Counted from the first letter of the stretch, positions 20,556 to 32,308 are shown. The stretch: DNA of 64,000 bases from an uncultured Hormoscilla sp. (GCA_963921275.4 OZ001293.3:2816001-2880000); one strand, 5' to 3'. Notes: a model not told the origin generated them from the letters alone. Made by a program: numbers and translations.

Positions 20556-20605
20556 GGCTCGACTTCGGCTCGACTTCGGCTCGACCTCGGCTCGACCTCG
20601 GCTCG
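20556..20605 (+). repeat. 11-bp tandem repeat GGCTCGACYTC
   Basis: About 4.5 copies, with looser GGCTCGA units upstream. Confidence 0.7.
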
Positions 20606-20703
20606 GGTATCTGGTGTCACACTTTTTGTGTGAGCGAACTCACATGCATGGGTGGGGAGGGCGGCTATTATGGGCAGGAGCGATGGACGATAATTTCTGT
20701 ATA

Positions 20704-20858
20704 ACTTCAGTTCTTACTTACAAACCGAAGGCACCGTTAGGGATCCAAAATGCGCGACAGTTGCCTTGTAATTTACCACAAAACGGCTTTTTGATACAAA
20801 TCAATTTGGCAAAATTGCTGTCAGAGAGGTCAAAAATTTTATAAGTAGCAAATTTGGT
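20704..20858. mobile_element. Degenerate IS982-type MITE (family B)
   Basis: Internal similarity to 40743-40906 (CCTTGT.ATTTACC.CAAAAC.GC; GCTGTC.G.GAGGTC); flanks TCTGTATA/TATGTATA. Confidence 0.6.
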
Positions 20859-21199
20859 TATGTATAGGCAGAAATTAGCACGCTTGAGGCACTATCGAGC
20901 GGCCATAGTAATGCTTGTACATATCTGAATCGATCGGATGTTGATGCTGTGTTTCCGGGCACGTAGGGCCACCGAAGACACAGCCCGAACCCGTTCCCAG
21001 GCAGAGCCGTGGGAACGAGGGGTCCGGCTACTCGAACAAAGCCCGCCTGCGCGGGCTTTCAGAAAAAAGAGGGCGATCGCCAGTTATTGGCCAGTCGCCG
21101 TTTTGAACAATTGGTGACAGTTGAGAAGCCCGGTTTCGCAGGAGAAACCGGGCTTCTGGATCTATCTGAGTCAAAGGGATAGCCAAAACCTGCTAAACC

Positions 21200-21526
21200 C
21201 TATTGAACTTTTTCAACTTTCCTGATCCTCGATGTCTTTCCGTTAGTCGGGTTGCTGATGTGGGTCCAATAATTGGAGCTGTTGATTGAAATCAAGACCT
21301 CTTGACCATTATTAACCCCGATACTGTTGTAGTACCAAATAAAGTAACGATTTCCATTACGAGGAGATTTTACCATTACTTTGTAGGTACTTCCATCCCG
21401 ACCAAAACTTCGGAGAAATGTGAAAGAGACAGTGTCAGCAAGGGCTGGGCGGACGAGGGTTGGGACAGAAGTTGCTGGAATCAATACGCTTCCGATCAAT
21501 GCTGGAATCAAAAGTTTGTTATTCAT
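21200..21526 (-). CDS. Small secreted hypothetical protein
   Basis: Signal-peptide-like N-terminus ending PALA; 108 aa. Confidence 0.55.
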   Translation of the reverse strand: MNNKLLIPALIGSVLIPATSVPTLVRPALADTVSFTFLRSFGRDGSTYKVMVKSPRNGNRYFIWYYNSIGVNNGQEVLISINSSNYWTHISNPTNGKTSRIRKVEKVQ

Positions 21527-21771
21527 GAGCTGTTCATCTGTTCGTAGGGGTGCATCTCAATGCATGATATTCGTAATCCATTTGTTGGGTTTCGTGCCTC
21601 AACCAAACCTACGAATAATGCTCCAGGATTGAAGTTTCCTGGTTTCCTGGAGCATTAAAATCAATTATTTAGAGCATCGGTTAAGTTGTCTCAAAAACTG
21701 GGTTTCACGCGCGTGTTATCAACAAAATATTGACATTATCAAGAAATAAACCCGGTTTCTTGACAGACTAT

Positions 21772-22014
21772 CTAAGAGGTCCAATCGCTCAGGTCAAAGT
21801 TTCCATCATTGCTATCGCTATTCCCATTGCCGGAACCAGAGCTAGCAATGGCGGCTCCACCAGCTAATCCAACATGAGGAAGACCAATTGCAGTCATCAC
21901 AGTTGCAAAAGCCACACCGCCTACAACTTTTCCGGCAACGTTAAAGGCAGTCTTCCCTGCTTCGATCTTTAGTTCATCTTTAACGCTTCGATAATTTTGG
22001 TATTTTTTCGACAT
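21772..22014 (-). CDS. Small glycine-rich membrane protein
   Basis: RBS AGGAG; hydrophobic glycine-zipper-like segment. Confidence 0.55.
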   Translation of the reverse strand: MSKKYQNYRSVKDELKIEAGKTAFNVAGKVVGGVAFATVMTAIGLPHVGLAGGAAIASSGSGNGNSDSNDGNFDLSDWTS

Positions 22015-22272
22015 CGGTTTAACTCTCCTGTACAGTTTATGTTCAGATTGACAAGTTCAGCGTCTCTGGGATTGATAGCTTACTGCTAAACTTGCTATCT
22101 ATATTTAGTCTAGCCATCCAGACTGGACAGTGCCTATAGCAAAAAAATAGCAATTAAATATCAATTTAGTCGCAGCTTTGATATTTAATTGCTATTTAAT
22201 TATCCTTGACAGTTATCCTGATGCTCTGTTATAGTATTTATAGTAAGGATGGAATCAGGAGAGGAGTAGCAT

Positions 22273-23397
22273 TGATGAGGCCGCTAGCTCAACTACGCCA
22301 GGAGTTCTTGGAATCCATAGCCGGAAAATACTTAAACGATTCTTCCCGAGAGGTCCAGAGAGTATTTATGACTAGATTCGCCTATGATAATCAGTTCAAG
22401 AAGAATGACGATCTGGCTAAAACTCTGGGAAAAGAGCCTGTCACTTTTCCCAAACAGTTGAGTGCTGTATACCAAGCGTTCGCCTTGGATGCTGGTCCGA
22501 TCGATGGTAGAGGGGCAAGAAAACAAAAGGCACTGGAATTATTCCGTTGGTTGTGGAACGATCGCTTCCCTGAGTAGCAAAAGCACCAGGGAATTGTCCC
22601 GCAAGCCGGTTCAACACAGAACGGGCATGTGGTTGGAGGATCCAGAGGGAGCAACTGAACCAAAACGCAAATTGACGATCGAGTTGCAAGAGATTAGAAA
22701 TATAGGTATGGTCAAGAGTAAGACGAAAAAGGAGCTGGTTCTCGATATCGATCAACTTACCCTGGAAGAGCTACAGGCTATTAACGAACTTCTGAAAAAA
22801 CTGGCGGGCGATGACTCAATGAAAATTGAAGGAACCAAGCAAGGTAGTGTTGTCCTAGTATTGGGAGGTTCCGAAGCAGGTCTCGATCGCCTTGAGTATC
22901 TGGTAAAATCAGGACAGCTCACGGAGTTGTTGGGAATTCCGATTAAGGAGATCCGGGACGAGAAACCGGTAACATTGAGCCAGTGGTTTCGGGGGATCTT
23001 TGAAGCTGGTTGGCAGCAGGTGGAAGATTTGCTGACTCCACAGCAGTTAAGTGCAACTGTGTGGAGCGATCGCCTGGAACGTGCTAAACTGATTAACTGG
23101 AGGGCTGACTTACTCAGTCACGCTGTTGTTTTACTCGTCAACCTGAAGCGGGAGAGCGAAGATATTGTTACTGTCAGACTCAAGCTGTATCCCACCGGCG
23201 AGGACAGTTATTTACCAGAAAATCTCCAATTGCAGGTACTGGTTGATGCCGATGGCGAGGAGGAGGTTTTTGAAGAGGTTACGGCCAGAAGTGCCGATGA
23301 ATGGATCCAATGTACGTTTGATGCCGAACCAGAAGATGAATTTACTGTTAGACTGGTATTGGGAGAGGCGATCGCCACAGAAAAATTGGCGGTATAG
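22273..23397 (+). pseudogene. DUF1822-family protein with N-terminal helical/HTH-like region, disrupted near 22575
   Basis: RBS GGAG; premature TAG at 22575; C-terminal LSQWFRGIFEAGWQQVEDLL...YLPENLQL typical of DUF1822. Confidence 0.65.
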
Positions 23398-23756
23398 TTG
23401 ACAAGATGTTGTCGGATGGGTTAAGGTAATGGAAGGTAGGATTCCGTTCTCTCGTTCCCTGACTCAGGCAGGGAACGCGCATCTAGAGGCTCAGCCTCCG
23501 GAGGAAATAAACGAGAGGCAGATATGGCAGAAGATGCATTGACTGTTAGACTGGTATGAGGAGAGGTGATGGTCACAGAAAAATTGGCGATCTAGTTGAC
23601 AAGATGTTGTCGGATGCGTTAAGGTAAGAGAAGGAAAGAACGGTAGTAGGGTTGGTGAGGGGTTGGGTAAGGGGCCTCAACCCAACCGACGAGAGGGTCG
23701 TGAGACAAACCAACCGAGATAGAGAATATTATTGATAAGGGGGAAGGGGGAAGTTA

Positions 23757-26127
23757 TGGCTAAGTTGGTTAACATATATAGATGTAATTTTGACGATGGG
23801 TTCTCGGTAAGAGCAGAAATAAAGGAAAAATATGACAGATAGCCAGTCTCCTCGGAACGGGCGATCGCCTCTGACAGGGGCAGATTACCAGCAGCGCCAT
23901 ACCTGCGGGAAAAAATCGGCAACTGGCAGAACATATATCAGAAGGTAGTCTCAAAAAATTTCGATCTAAAGCGACAGGCTTCTGTTACGAATTCTAGGGA
24001 TGAAGAAAAGGCTAAGAAAAAGGCTGGTGATGATTGCAGGAAAGTGACGGCAGATTTGAAAAGTAGCTTGAATGGGTGGCTGGAAGAGCGGGAATTTCGT
24101 CCCATAGATTCGTTGTTGCGCAACCACTTAAAGGCAGATAAGGAAATTTGGGTGCTGCTGGAAACGGATAATCATTGGTTGCGAAAACTGCCTTGGCAGG
24201 AATGGACGCTAATCCGGGATTTTCCCCAGGCAGAAGTTGCCCTCAGTTCGCCTAAGTTTCAGAGAGTGAAGCAAGTAGCAGACTCCGAGTCAAAGAAGAA
24301 GACAAAAATTTTGGTAATTTGGGGATATTATAACGAAAATAAAGGAGAACCACAGGCAATTGAGGAACAAGCACGGGCAATTGAGGAACTGGCACAAAAG
24401 ATAAATGCCGAGGTTACCTGGCTACACCAACCGTAACGAAGGGATTTAGATGAACCTATGGAAAAAAAAGTGGGATATTCTATTCTATGGAGGACATGGT
24501 GACACCTCGGATAAGGACCAGGTAGGTAAAATTAGAATTAACAAAGAAGATTGGCTAAAAGTATCGGATATCAAGAATCATCTCAAACGAGCGATAGATT
24601 ATGGGTTGAAGTTGGCTATTTTTAATGCCTGCGATGGCTTGGGATTGGCATATCAGTTGGCGGATGGGGAAGATTTACATTTGCCCCAGGTGATTGTGAG
24701 GCGGGATTGGTTGCCAGTTCCTCTAGCGCCTCTATTTTTAAAGGGCGTTGCACAATTACGAGATGATGGGCATAGTTGCAGAAGTCTTAAACCTAGACTA
24801 CAAGCCAGTTTCAGTTATGTGCAAAAAAGGGCATCATCCCCAAAATGTGCAACGCCTTTTAAAGTATTTTCTGGAAGAATTTACTCAGGGCAAGTCTTTG
24901 TATGCTGCGGTGAGGGAGGCGCGGGGGCGGTTACAGATTTCCGAGGATGAATATCCCGATGAATATCCCTGTGCCAGTTGGTTGCCCGTTATTTGCCAAA
25001 ACCCGGCTGAAACTTCCCTGACTTGGCAGATGTTGGGAGGTATTCCTGCTTGTCCCTACCAGGGGTTGCGGGCTTTCGGGGAAGAACACGCACCTTTTTT
25101 CTTTGGGCGAGAGGCATTTACAGAATTGCTGGGACCAGCGGTGAGAAGAAAATCCCTAGTGGCAGTTATTGGGGCTTCCGGGAGTGGCAATTCTTCGGTG
25201 GTTTTTGCCGGTCTTATTCCTGGTTTGCGAGAGAGGGGAAATTGGCACGTTGTTTCTTTCCGTCCTGGCAAGCGTCCGTTTGAAAATTTGGCTGCGGCAC
25301 TGCAACCACTCCTGGTTCCCAGTCTCAGGCTGGGAACGGCACCAGAGGCTCTGCCTCCAGATGAGGGGAGGGGAGGCTCTGCCTCGGGAGGTGCGTTCCC
25401 AGGTAGAACCTGGGAACGAGATGGAGGAGATGGTGAAGGAAATGGATGCAGGGGAACAACAGCTTTTCTTGGATTGTTTGCTGAAAGCGGTTAAGGGTGC
25501 TGCTTGCTTTACTCTCCTGATAACGTTGCGGGCTGATTTCTATGGATATGCCATGTCTTACCGTCCTTTTGCTGATGCGTTGCAGGGTGCTTGTCATAAC
25601 CTGGGTCCGATGAAACGGGAGGAACTCTCCGATGCTATTGTTTTGCCTGCCTCAAGCTGAACGTGCAGCTTGAGGCGGGTTTGCAGGAACGCTTGATTAA
25701 TGAATTGGATGTGGCAGGTAACAATTTACCTTTGCTGGCCTTTACTTTGGAACAACTGTGGTATAAACAGAAAAATGGTCTGCTGATTTATCGGGCTTAT
25801 GATGAGATTGGCGGAGTAGAAGAGTCTCTGGGCAATCATGCGGAAAATGTTTATTTGCTGTTGAGTGAGCCCGATCGTGATCGGGCCCGGCGAGTATTCG
25901 TGCAGCTAATTCAGCCTGGTGAAGGGACGCAAGATACCCGCAGGTTGGCGACTCGCGCTGATGTGGGTGAAGAAAATTGGGATTTGGTGACGCGGTTGGC
26001 GTCACAAGAGGCGCGGTTGGTGGTGACCGATCGCAATCTTGTTTCTGGGGAAGAAACTGTGGAAATTGTCCACGAGGCGCTGATTGGCGGTTGGGAACGG
26101 TTGAAAAAGTGGATGGACGTTGAGTAA
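23757..26127 (+). pseudogene. CHAT-domain + nSTAND NTPase pseudogene, C-terminal repeats lost
   Basis: LPWQEW, FYGGHG, IFNACDGL (CHAT); CPYQGLRAF, FFGRE, GASGSGNSS, TLRADF, LPLLAFTL, VHEALI (nSTAND); several frameshifts and insertions. Confidence 0.85.
24744..24856. mobile_element. 113-bp MITE, family A, copy 2
   Basis: Same TIR; 8-bp TSD TTTTAAAG; excision restores PLFLKYFLEEF. Confidence 0.92.
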
Positions 26128-26140
26128 TTTGGTCGTGAAT

Positions 26141-26536
26141 TTATGGAATATCGCAGTAAAAGGATGTTGCAACTGAAACCTTATTCTCAACAAAACACGT
26201 CAGGAGCTTTTTCGTAAGCACAAAAGCATTAGTAAAGACTTCAATGAACTCAAACCCATTATTACTGGCGTGAACAATGTAGTCTGGGAGATGTTTGACG
26301 ATAGTAGGTTCTCCGCTAATAAACTGAATTTTTTTACAGTTCATATTGGCTGCTTGAGTGATGATCTCCAGATACTTTTGAGGAGATAGAATGTTCTTTG
26401 TTTCTGGATTGGGGCCTGATTCAGCGTAACAATGTACGCATTCCATGTTACACAAAGAAGTTAACTCTAGCCAAATAAAATCTAGTTCTCCTTTAATCAC
26501 AACATTTGGTAACTCTTTAATTGCAGTAACTGTCAT
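26141..26536 (-). pseudogene. Radical SAM protein, 3'-truncated
   Basis: RBS GGAG; WLELTSLCNMECVHCY (CxxxCxxC), SGEPT, VFTN; ends after about 130 aa, head-on with the truncated nSTAND gene. Confidence 0.75.
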
Positions 26537-26568
26537 TTTTGATCTCCGTAATTGCATTACAGTGCGTC

Positions 26569-26872
26569 TATAGCGGATTGCATTCGGATGAGGTACAGAA
26601 GAACCCGCTATCACTGGCAGTGCCAAGCAAGGGATGTATCTCAAGTGAAATCCAGAGCAGGTAGTCGCCGGTGAGCGACTGTAGGTTTGTACCTGGCGAT
26701 CGACTGTAGGTCTGCACCTCAAGTGAAACTCGGAGCAGGTAGTCGCCGGTGAGCGACTGTAGGTTTGTACCTAGTGCTCGACTGTAGGTCTGCACCTCAA
26801 GTGAAACCCAGAGCAGGTAGTTGCCGGTGAGCGACTGTACATCTGTACCTCGTCGGAATGCCAACCGCTATA
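26569..26872. mobile_element. MITE-like element (family D) with three internal 78-bp tandem units
   Basis: ~31-bp imperfect TIR TATAGCGGATTGCATTCGGATGAGGTACAGA / TCTGTACCTCGTCGGAATGCCAACCGCTATA; units start at 26641, 26719 and 26797. Confidence 0.7.
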
Positions 26873-27075
26873 TTTCTATCTTGCTAGCCGTGTCTACTTT
26901 TGGTGGATCATATTGAGATCACTTTTGAGATCACTTTTTTCAGGTTCCAGATGATCTATAATTGATCTAAATAAAGGAACAGATGATCTTCTGTACAAGG
27001 GAGCGCTATTTTGAGGTCGGTAAAATCGCCGAAAGCATTACTATACAAGGCTTTGGTGAATTAAAAAATTTCATG

Positions 27076-27180
27076 ATAGCGGTTTTCACCCTAGTGAGGT
27101 ACATCTCTGACAGGGCACTATTGGCACAAAAACGCTGAAGACCTATTGTTATGCACATCATCAGCTTGAAAAATGCTATA
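27076..27180. mobile_element. Short relative of family D
   Basis: ATAGCGGTTTTCACCCTAGTGAGGTACA...GAAAAATGCTATA. Confidence 0.5.
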
Positions 27181-27262
27181 GTTATCAAAAAAGGTCAGTC
27201 TATCGCATCAAAACCTTGCTGAGCAAGGCTTACAGCATTAAACAGATTAAGCGAAGAAAGGC

Positions 27263-28770
27263 ATGGCAAATACTCTCAAGTTATCTGAACAGGGGTTTGA
27301 ACTGGTGGAGGCAGCGCGAAAAAGGAAGGGCTGGAATGCTCAAGAGGATAAATGGTTTTTAGAAGCTAAGGTTGGCCCAGGTACCTTGAAGCGCTTCAGA
27401 GCAAGGCAGCCAGTTCGGCGTGAGAATTTTATTAGTTTTTGCAAGGCAGTCGGAATCGAGAACTGGGAAGATGTTGCTGAAAATCCTCAACTAGCAGTAG
27501 GAGATATCAGACCAGACTTCTTCGCTTACCACAAGGCTTGGGTTGGTAGAGACTCTCTAGTAACTCAATTAAAAGAGAAGCTAGAAGACTCTTGTCGTAT
27601 ATTAATACTCCTCGGAATCACGGGAATTGGGAAAACAGCTCTGGGTGAAAAACTAGCACTCGATCTATCGGCTCTGTTCGGGGGGGATTGGAAAAACAGG
27701 TTTCGTAGAGTAAATTTCGATCACAAAATAGGAGATACTCCTAAATCTGAAGATTTTGTTGATGTCGCCAAGGGATGGTTAAAATCATGGGAATACAATC
27801 TTAATCTAGAAGATATTCAGCCAGAAAATTTACTGCAAATTTTGCTTAAACACCTAGATGAAAATATAGTTTTTATAGTAATAGATTCCCTTGAAGAGTT
27901 ACTTACTGGTAATGAGAATGAGGGTTGGGGAGATTTTGTTGATAAATGGTGGGGTATTTTTTTTCGGGCTGTACTGTCTAGGGAATCTTTTTCAAGTCGA
28001 ATAATAATTACGTCTCAGGATTTACCATCCAAAATACCTCATTCTCGCTACTCAAACTTTTATCATTGTGAAGTTATTTACGGATTAGAAAAGCCAGAAC
28101 AGGAAGCATTGTTCAAAATAACCGGGTTTGAGATTGATGATGGATCTTCAGATTTACCCATATTAATGCGATGCGAATTGGAAGTGCTTACTTAGGGCAT
28201 CCTCTTACTTTAAGGGTCATAATAGGAGAGATATAGGAGAGATATAGGAGAGATATAGGAGAGATATGGAAATCTTTTGATGGAAATGTAAATGCTTATT
28301 GGAATGAGGTTGGTAAAGTAGAAAAAGTAGAAAAAGTAGAAAAAGATGTAGCAGAAGCAAAAGAAAACCTTAAAATAGTTGGAGAGAGTGACAATTGGGA
28401 ATTACACAAATTAACAATGGTTTTGCGTAAAGTTTGCAAAGAAACGATAGGAGAAGCTTTTAAACGCCTGAAGAAATATTCGCCAGATGGGTATATGCTA
28501 ATTTGTTCTAGTTCAAAATATCGAATTCCATTCAATAAAGAAGGATTTATGATTTCGTTTATGTATCTGAAAAAGGCTTTTCTTAAGCAGGATTGTGATA
28601 GCAAACGTCAAGAAAAAACACTAAAGGATTTACAAGATCGTTACCTTGTTGAGGAGTCTATTGAAAACAACCATAAAGTTTTTGGACAGCACAATTTAAT
28701 CCGTAGTGTAGCTTTGAAATGTAATAAGCAGTTAAAAGAAGAGTTAAAAAGCAAATACAATCTCAATTAA
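27263..28770 (+). pseudogene. HTH + NB-ARC/STAND ATPase, frameshifted
   Basis: N-terminal HTH-like region, WVGRD, GITGIGKT, IVIDSLE, IITSQD, then GHPLTL in another frame after an ATGCG duplication (~28166) and ATAGGAGAGAT x4 (28222-28265). Confidence 0.75.
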
Positions 28771-28854
28771 TATAATATGGCAAACGATCGAAGTAAAAAC
28801 TTTTTGAAAGTTTAAATATAAAGATAACCCCAGAAGAAATCTCCATAGATTCAT

Positions 28855-29721
28855 ATGAAGACTATGCTGCTGTTGAACTTAACAAAATACGCTCCACCTT
28901 CTGATGATAACTTAACAAAAGTAAACGGTTATTTGCTTTCTTTTGGCCATCTTATTGATGCAAAAGATTGGTCAAGAGCAAGGGATGTGATTAGGTTTAA
29001 GTTGAATGACGATAATCATGTAGAGTTATGCGATCAAATAGCGATTTGGGGAGAATATTCAAAGGCATTAAAATATTATGAAAAAATTCTTGGAAAGATT
29101 GATGCAGATACTGATGTTTTCTGCCTGAATGGTATGACCAATATTTACGGTAATCAAAATGAATTTGAGGAGGGAATTAAGTATGGCGAAAAAGCTTTAG
29201 AAAAAGCTAAAGAAATTGGTAATATTTATATGGCCGCACAGTTAGCATTTAACATTGCCTGGTGTTATAATTCTCGAAAAAAATATATCCAGGCTACCGC
29301 GTTATATAACGAATCTTTAGATTTTGCACGCATGTCAAATAATAAATTCGTTGAAGCTAGAGCTTTAGAGGGTTTGTCTACTGTCAACCTATATTTAAAA
29401 AATTACGATCGGGCTATTTATTATGGACATGCAAGTTTAAAATTAGCAGAAAGTTACGACAATCTTCTTGCAAAGACAAGTTCTTTTTTGATATTAGGTA
29501 TTAGTTATCTATCTAAAAACAATTATGAACAAGCAATTCAATATACTCAGGAAGGAGTCAATCTAGCTTGCCAATCTAGTGCTCCATGTAATGAAGCATG
29601 GGGTTGTAATTTTGAAAAGATCTATTTCAAAATGGAAAAATATGAAGAAGCAGAAAAGTATTTGCAGGAAAGTTTGGATATTTTCAAAGAGCTTGGTAAT
29701 TATCGTGGTCAAAGTGCTTGA
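28855..29721 (+). CDS. TPR protein (possibly degraded), AT-rich
   Basis: Repeated A..Y...AL..A helices. Confidence 0.6.
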   Translation: MKTMLLLNLTKYAPPSDDNLTKVNGYLLSFGHLIDAKDWSRARDVIRFKLNDDNHVELCDQIAIWGEYSKALKYYEKILGKIDADTDVFCLNGMTNIYGNQNEFEEGIKYGEKALEKAKEIGNIYMAAQLAFNIAWCYNSRKKYIQATALYNESLDFARMSNNKFVEARALEGLSTVNLYLKNYDRAIYYGHASLKLAESYDNLLAKTSSFLILGISYLSKNNYEQAIQYTQEGVNLACQSSAPCNEAWGCNFEKIYFKMEKYEEAEKYLQESLDIFKELGNYRGQSA

Positions 29722-30039
29722 AACTTTGTCTAAGGTATTCAGTGAGATTAGTGCCTACATTGAACAGAATAATCCAGTTGGGTTTCGTGCCTCAACCCAA
29801 CCTACGAAAAAATTCATATTATCCCAGACTAGCTTAACAGACCATGTTTTTAGTCGGTTTTCAACCTACTTGAGCTATTAGCCGGCGCTATCCCCCGGGT
29901 AGTGCGACTATGATGTCTTGGGGGTAGTGCGATTAGCGCGTCCCCTGGAGGGGGGACATCAAGCTCCCGGGGGATAGCGTGGGTTTGCCGGGATAAAGGG
30001 ACAGATGAAAGATCTCTCCAAACGCAATTAGCTAATATC

Positions 30040-32271
30040 TTAAGGCACTTCGATCGGGATCAGGGACTGTTCGGGAACCTGTTCGCGGAACAGTCCCTCG
30101 GAGGAAAGCACTAACACCAAGCGCAGGGGCCAATCTGGAGGTACGTGTAAATCTGCCCAGGGAACTGCTATTTCCAAACAATCCTGGAAAGCTACTTGGG
30201 CGCGGCTGGAAAGATTATACCATTGATAAAATTCCCTGGCCTCTTGAAACCAACAAGATTGCTCTCGCAAATCAATCCCGAGATGGTGATGGAACAGATA
30301 GTTCGCAGGGGCAACATCAGGCACGTCTATCAGAGGCATGGGACTGTTTGTCATCGGTCGATCGGGATAGAACCACAGCAAGTTCAACTGGTCGGGCAAA
30401 TCTTTACTCGGTTGCACGCCACTCTTAAAATCTACCCGGAGATAAAAGTTGAGGTGATCGACTCCATACCAGAGGCGCTGGATAACAGAACTTCGATGCA
30501 TGGTACCCCGCGCGCCGCCAATTTCCATCCGTCCCGCTTTATCCCACTCTTGTTCATCGACAATGCCATCGATAATGGGATGGATAAAGCTTTCCGGTTG
30601 ATGGTCTCCTCTGACCTCGTGAAGTTCCACAGGACTCCTTAACTCTGAGGGAACGGGTTCGTTCAATGCCTCGTAGATAGCAATCAAATGTTCGCGAAAA
30701 AGTTGGTCAAAAATAGCATCCTGGTTGGAAGAATGACCTTCCCCAAACCACCAAAACCAGTCAGAACCTTCGGCGGCGTAGAGGGCCTCCCAAACTTCGG
30801 GATTATTTTCTGCCGTTGCCTCGGGATGCTTCGCTAAAACTTGCCTCGCTGCTGTCAGCAAGTCCCAGGCGCGGTTTTTCGCCTTGTCTCCGATCCAAGT
30901 AGTGAAGCTGCCATCTACCCAAGAACCGCTGTGTAACTTTTCCGCTGGGATGGTTTCTAGGGGTGGGAATTGCTCGATAAATTCCGATACAGTTACTAAC
31001 TTCAGATCCTCGTGATGCGACAGGCGATCGTACAGGTTTTCTAAGAATAGCTTGCCATCTTGCTGATAGAATTCCCAGCAGTTTTCTCCATCTAAGGCAA
31101 TGGTGACTAACCAGGGTTGTGTCAGTTCCCTGCCGCCATCACCCTGTCTGTGGATCAGACTGCGCCCGATCGCCTGCAAATGTCCCACTAAATCAGCAGC
31201 AGCTTCAGCCGGTTCCATCCCCGCATAGGTAAAGCCGATCAGATCGGACAAGCGGTGGTCTCGGAAGACGATCGCCAAATCTCCAAAAGGCGTCGGCAAG
31301 CGATAAGGTTGATAGAGGTACTCTGGTTCCAGGACATTTCCCGCCTCATCTCGATGAAAGAAATGGTGGAGAGTCCAACCCAAAACCGCTTCATCCGAAC
31401 ACAGCCACTTAAACCCTTGTTTCGCTACATCTGGTAAAATCGCCGGACTGACAGATTGTTCTGAAGGCCAAAGTCCGCGCGGTTCCCGTCCGAACCTGTC
31501 TTTATACATATCCCAGGCTTTTTGTAAATGCCTAGGAATATCTGAGGCCCATTGAAATCTTTCTGCGGGCAAAGTCATATTAGGCACCGCCACCCGACCC
31601 GCATTTGTATCCGCCAGTAAGGGTAAGATCGGATGAGTGTAAGGAGTTGTCATCACCTCCAACTGACCTGCATCTTGCATTTTCCGATGTTGGGGGACTA
31701 TCCGACCTAATATTTCCCGCTGCTTAGAATATATCCGCTGTCGATCGCCCAAAGTAAAATCTTTACCCTGCTTTAACCAGCCAGCAATATCCGGGTCATC
31801 CCAGAACAGCGGGTCAAACCATGCCAGATTATGCCAAGCTAACAAATCATTGTAATCTGCTGCTTGCCAATTTTGCATACACCAAGTGCGTCCCTCTTCT
31901 TGGCGCTGATTATATAGTTGGGCGTAACGGGGATGAGGATCGATGAGAGTATGGTGATTGGCATCAAAGAAATGCTCAATGATATATTTTCGCTGTTTTT
32001 CATCCAGCTTTTCTGCGGGCATCAGGGCCAGGTCCAAGTAAGGATCGAAAGCTGTACCAGCTACATAATCATCAATTTGCATCATCAGCGAGGGCACCAA
32101 ATTCACTGTCTGATGTAGTTTTGGGTAATTCTCCAGCAACAGCACCAAATCTAGATAATCTTTTGTACCATGTAAGCGCACCCAGGGTAAACGATAGCGA
32201 TCGGCCACCCGGCTTTTGTAGAGGGGCTGATGCTGATGCCAGATAAAAGCGATATAAAGGGGATGAGACAT
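30040..32271 (-). CDS. Glycoside hydrolase family 57
   Basis: WHQHQP, HPILPLL, GLWPSEQ, IALDGENCWE, AEGSDWFWW. Confidence 0.92.
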   Translation of the reverse strand: MSHPLYIAFIWHQHQPLYKSRVADRYRLPWVRLHGTKDYLDLVLLLENYPKLHQTVNLVPSLMMQIDDYVAGTAFDPYLDLALMPAEKLDEKQRKYIIEHFFDANHHTLIDPHPRYAQLYNQRQEEGRTWCMQNWQAADYNDLLAWHNLAWFDPLFWDDPDIAGWLKQGKDFTLGDRQRIYSKQREILGRIVPQHRKMQDAGQLEVMTTPYTHPILPLLADTNAGRVAVPNMTLPAERFQWASDIPRHLQKAWDMYKDRFGREPRGLWPSEQSVSPAILPDVAKQGFKWLCSDEAVLGWTLHHFFHRDEAGNVLEPEYLYQPYRLPTPFGDLAIVFRDHRLSDLIGFTYAGMEPAEAAADLVGHLQAIGRSLIHRQGDGGRELTQPWLVTIALDGENCWEFYQQDGKLFLENLYDRLSHHEDLKLVTVSEFIEQFPPLETIPAEKLHSGSWVDGSFTTWIGDKAKNRAWDLLTAARQVLAKHPEATAENNPEVWEALYAAEGSDWFWWFGEGHSSNQDAIFDQLFREHLIAIYEALNEPVPSELRSPVELHEVRGDHQPESFIHPIIDGIVDEQEWDKAGRMEIGGARGTMHRSSVIQRLWYGVDHLNFYLRVDFKSGVQPSKDLPDQLNLLWFYPDRPMTNSPMPLIDVPDVAPANYLFHHHLGIDLREQSCWFQEAREFYQWYNLSSRAQVAFQDCLEIAVPWADLHVPPDWPLRLVLVLSSEGLFREQVPEQSLIPIEVP

Positions 32272-32275
32272 AAGA

Positions 32276-32308
32276 TAGTTCGCAGTTCGTAGTTCGTAGT
32301 TCGTAGTT
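32276..32308. repeat. STRR heptamer repeat (TAGTTCG)n
   Basis: About 4.5 copies. Confidence 0.7.

Larger units (their letters stand above)
19893..21058. repeat. Pair of ~75-bp REP-like direct repeats (19893-19966 and 20985-21058)
   Basis: CCCGAACCCGTTCCCAGGCAGAGCCGTGG.AACGAGGGGTCCGGCTAC...AAGCCCGCCTGCGCGGGCTT occurs twice. Confidence 0.75.

Noticed and set aside
20366..20844. ORFs across the GGCTCGA repeats and MITE
   Set aside because: Low-complexity repeat-derived frames with no recognisable domain.
23342..23640. DGR template/variable repeat pair
   Set aside because: Mismatches are not adenine-specific (C/T, C/G, G/C) and no DGR reverse transcriptase is present.
26568..26864. 98-aa repeat ORF ending CTSSECNPL as a RiPP precursor for the adjacent radical SAM
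   Set aside because: The ORF coincides exactly with an inverted-repeat-bounded element, its Cys-containing tail is the TIR itself, it has a TTG start without an RBS, and the rSAM is truncated.
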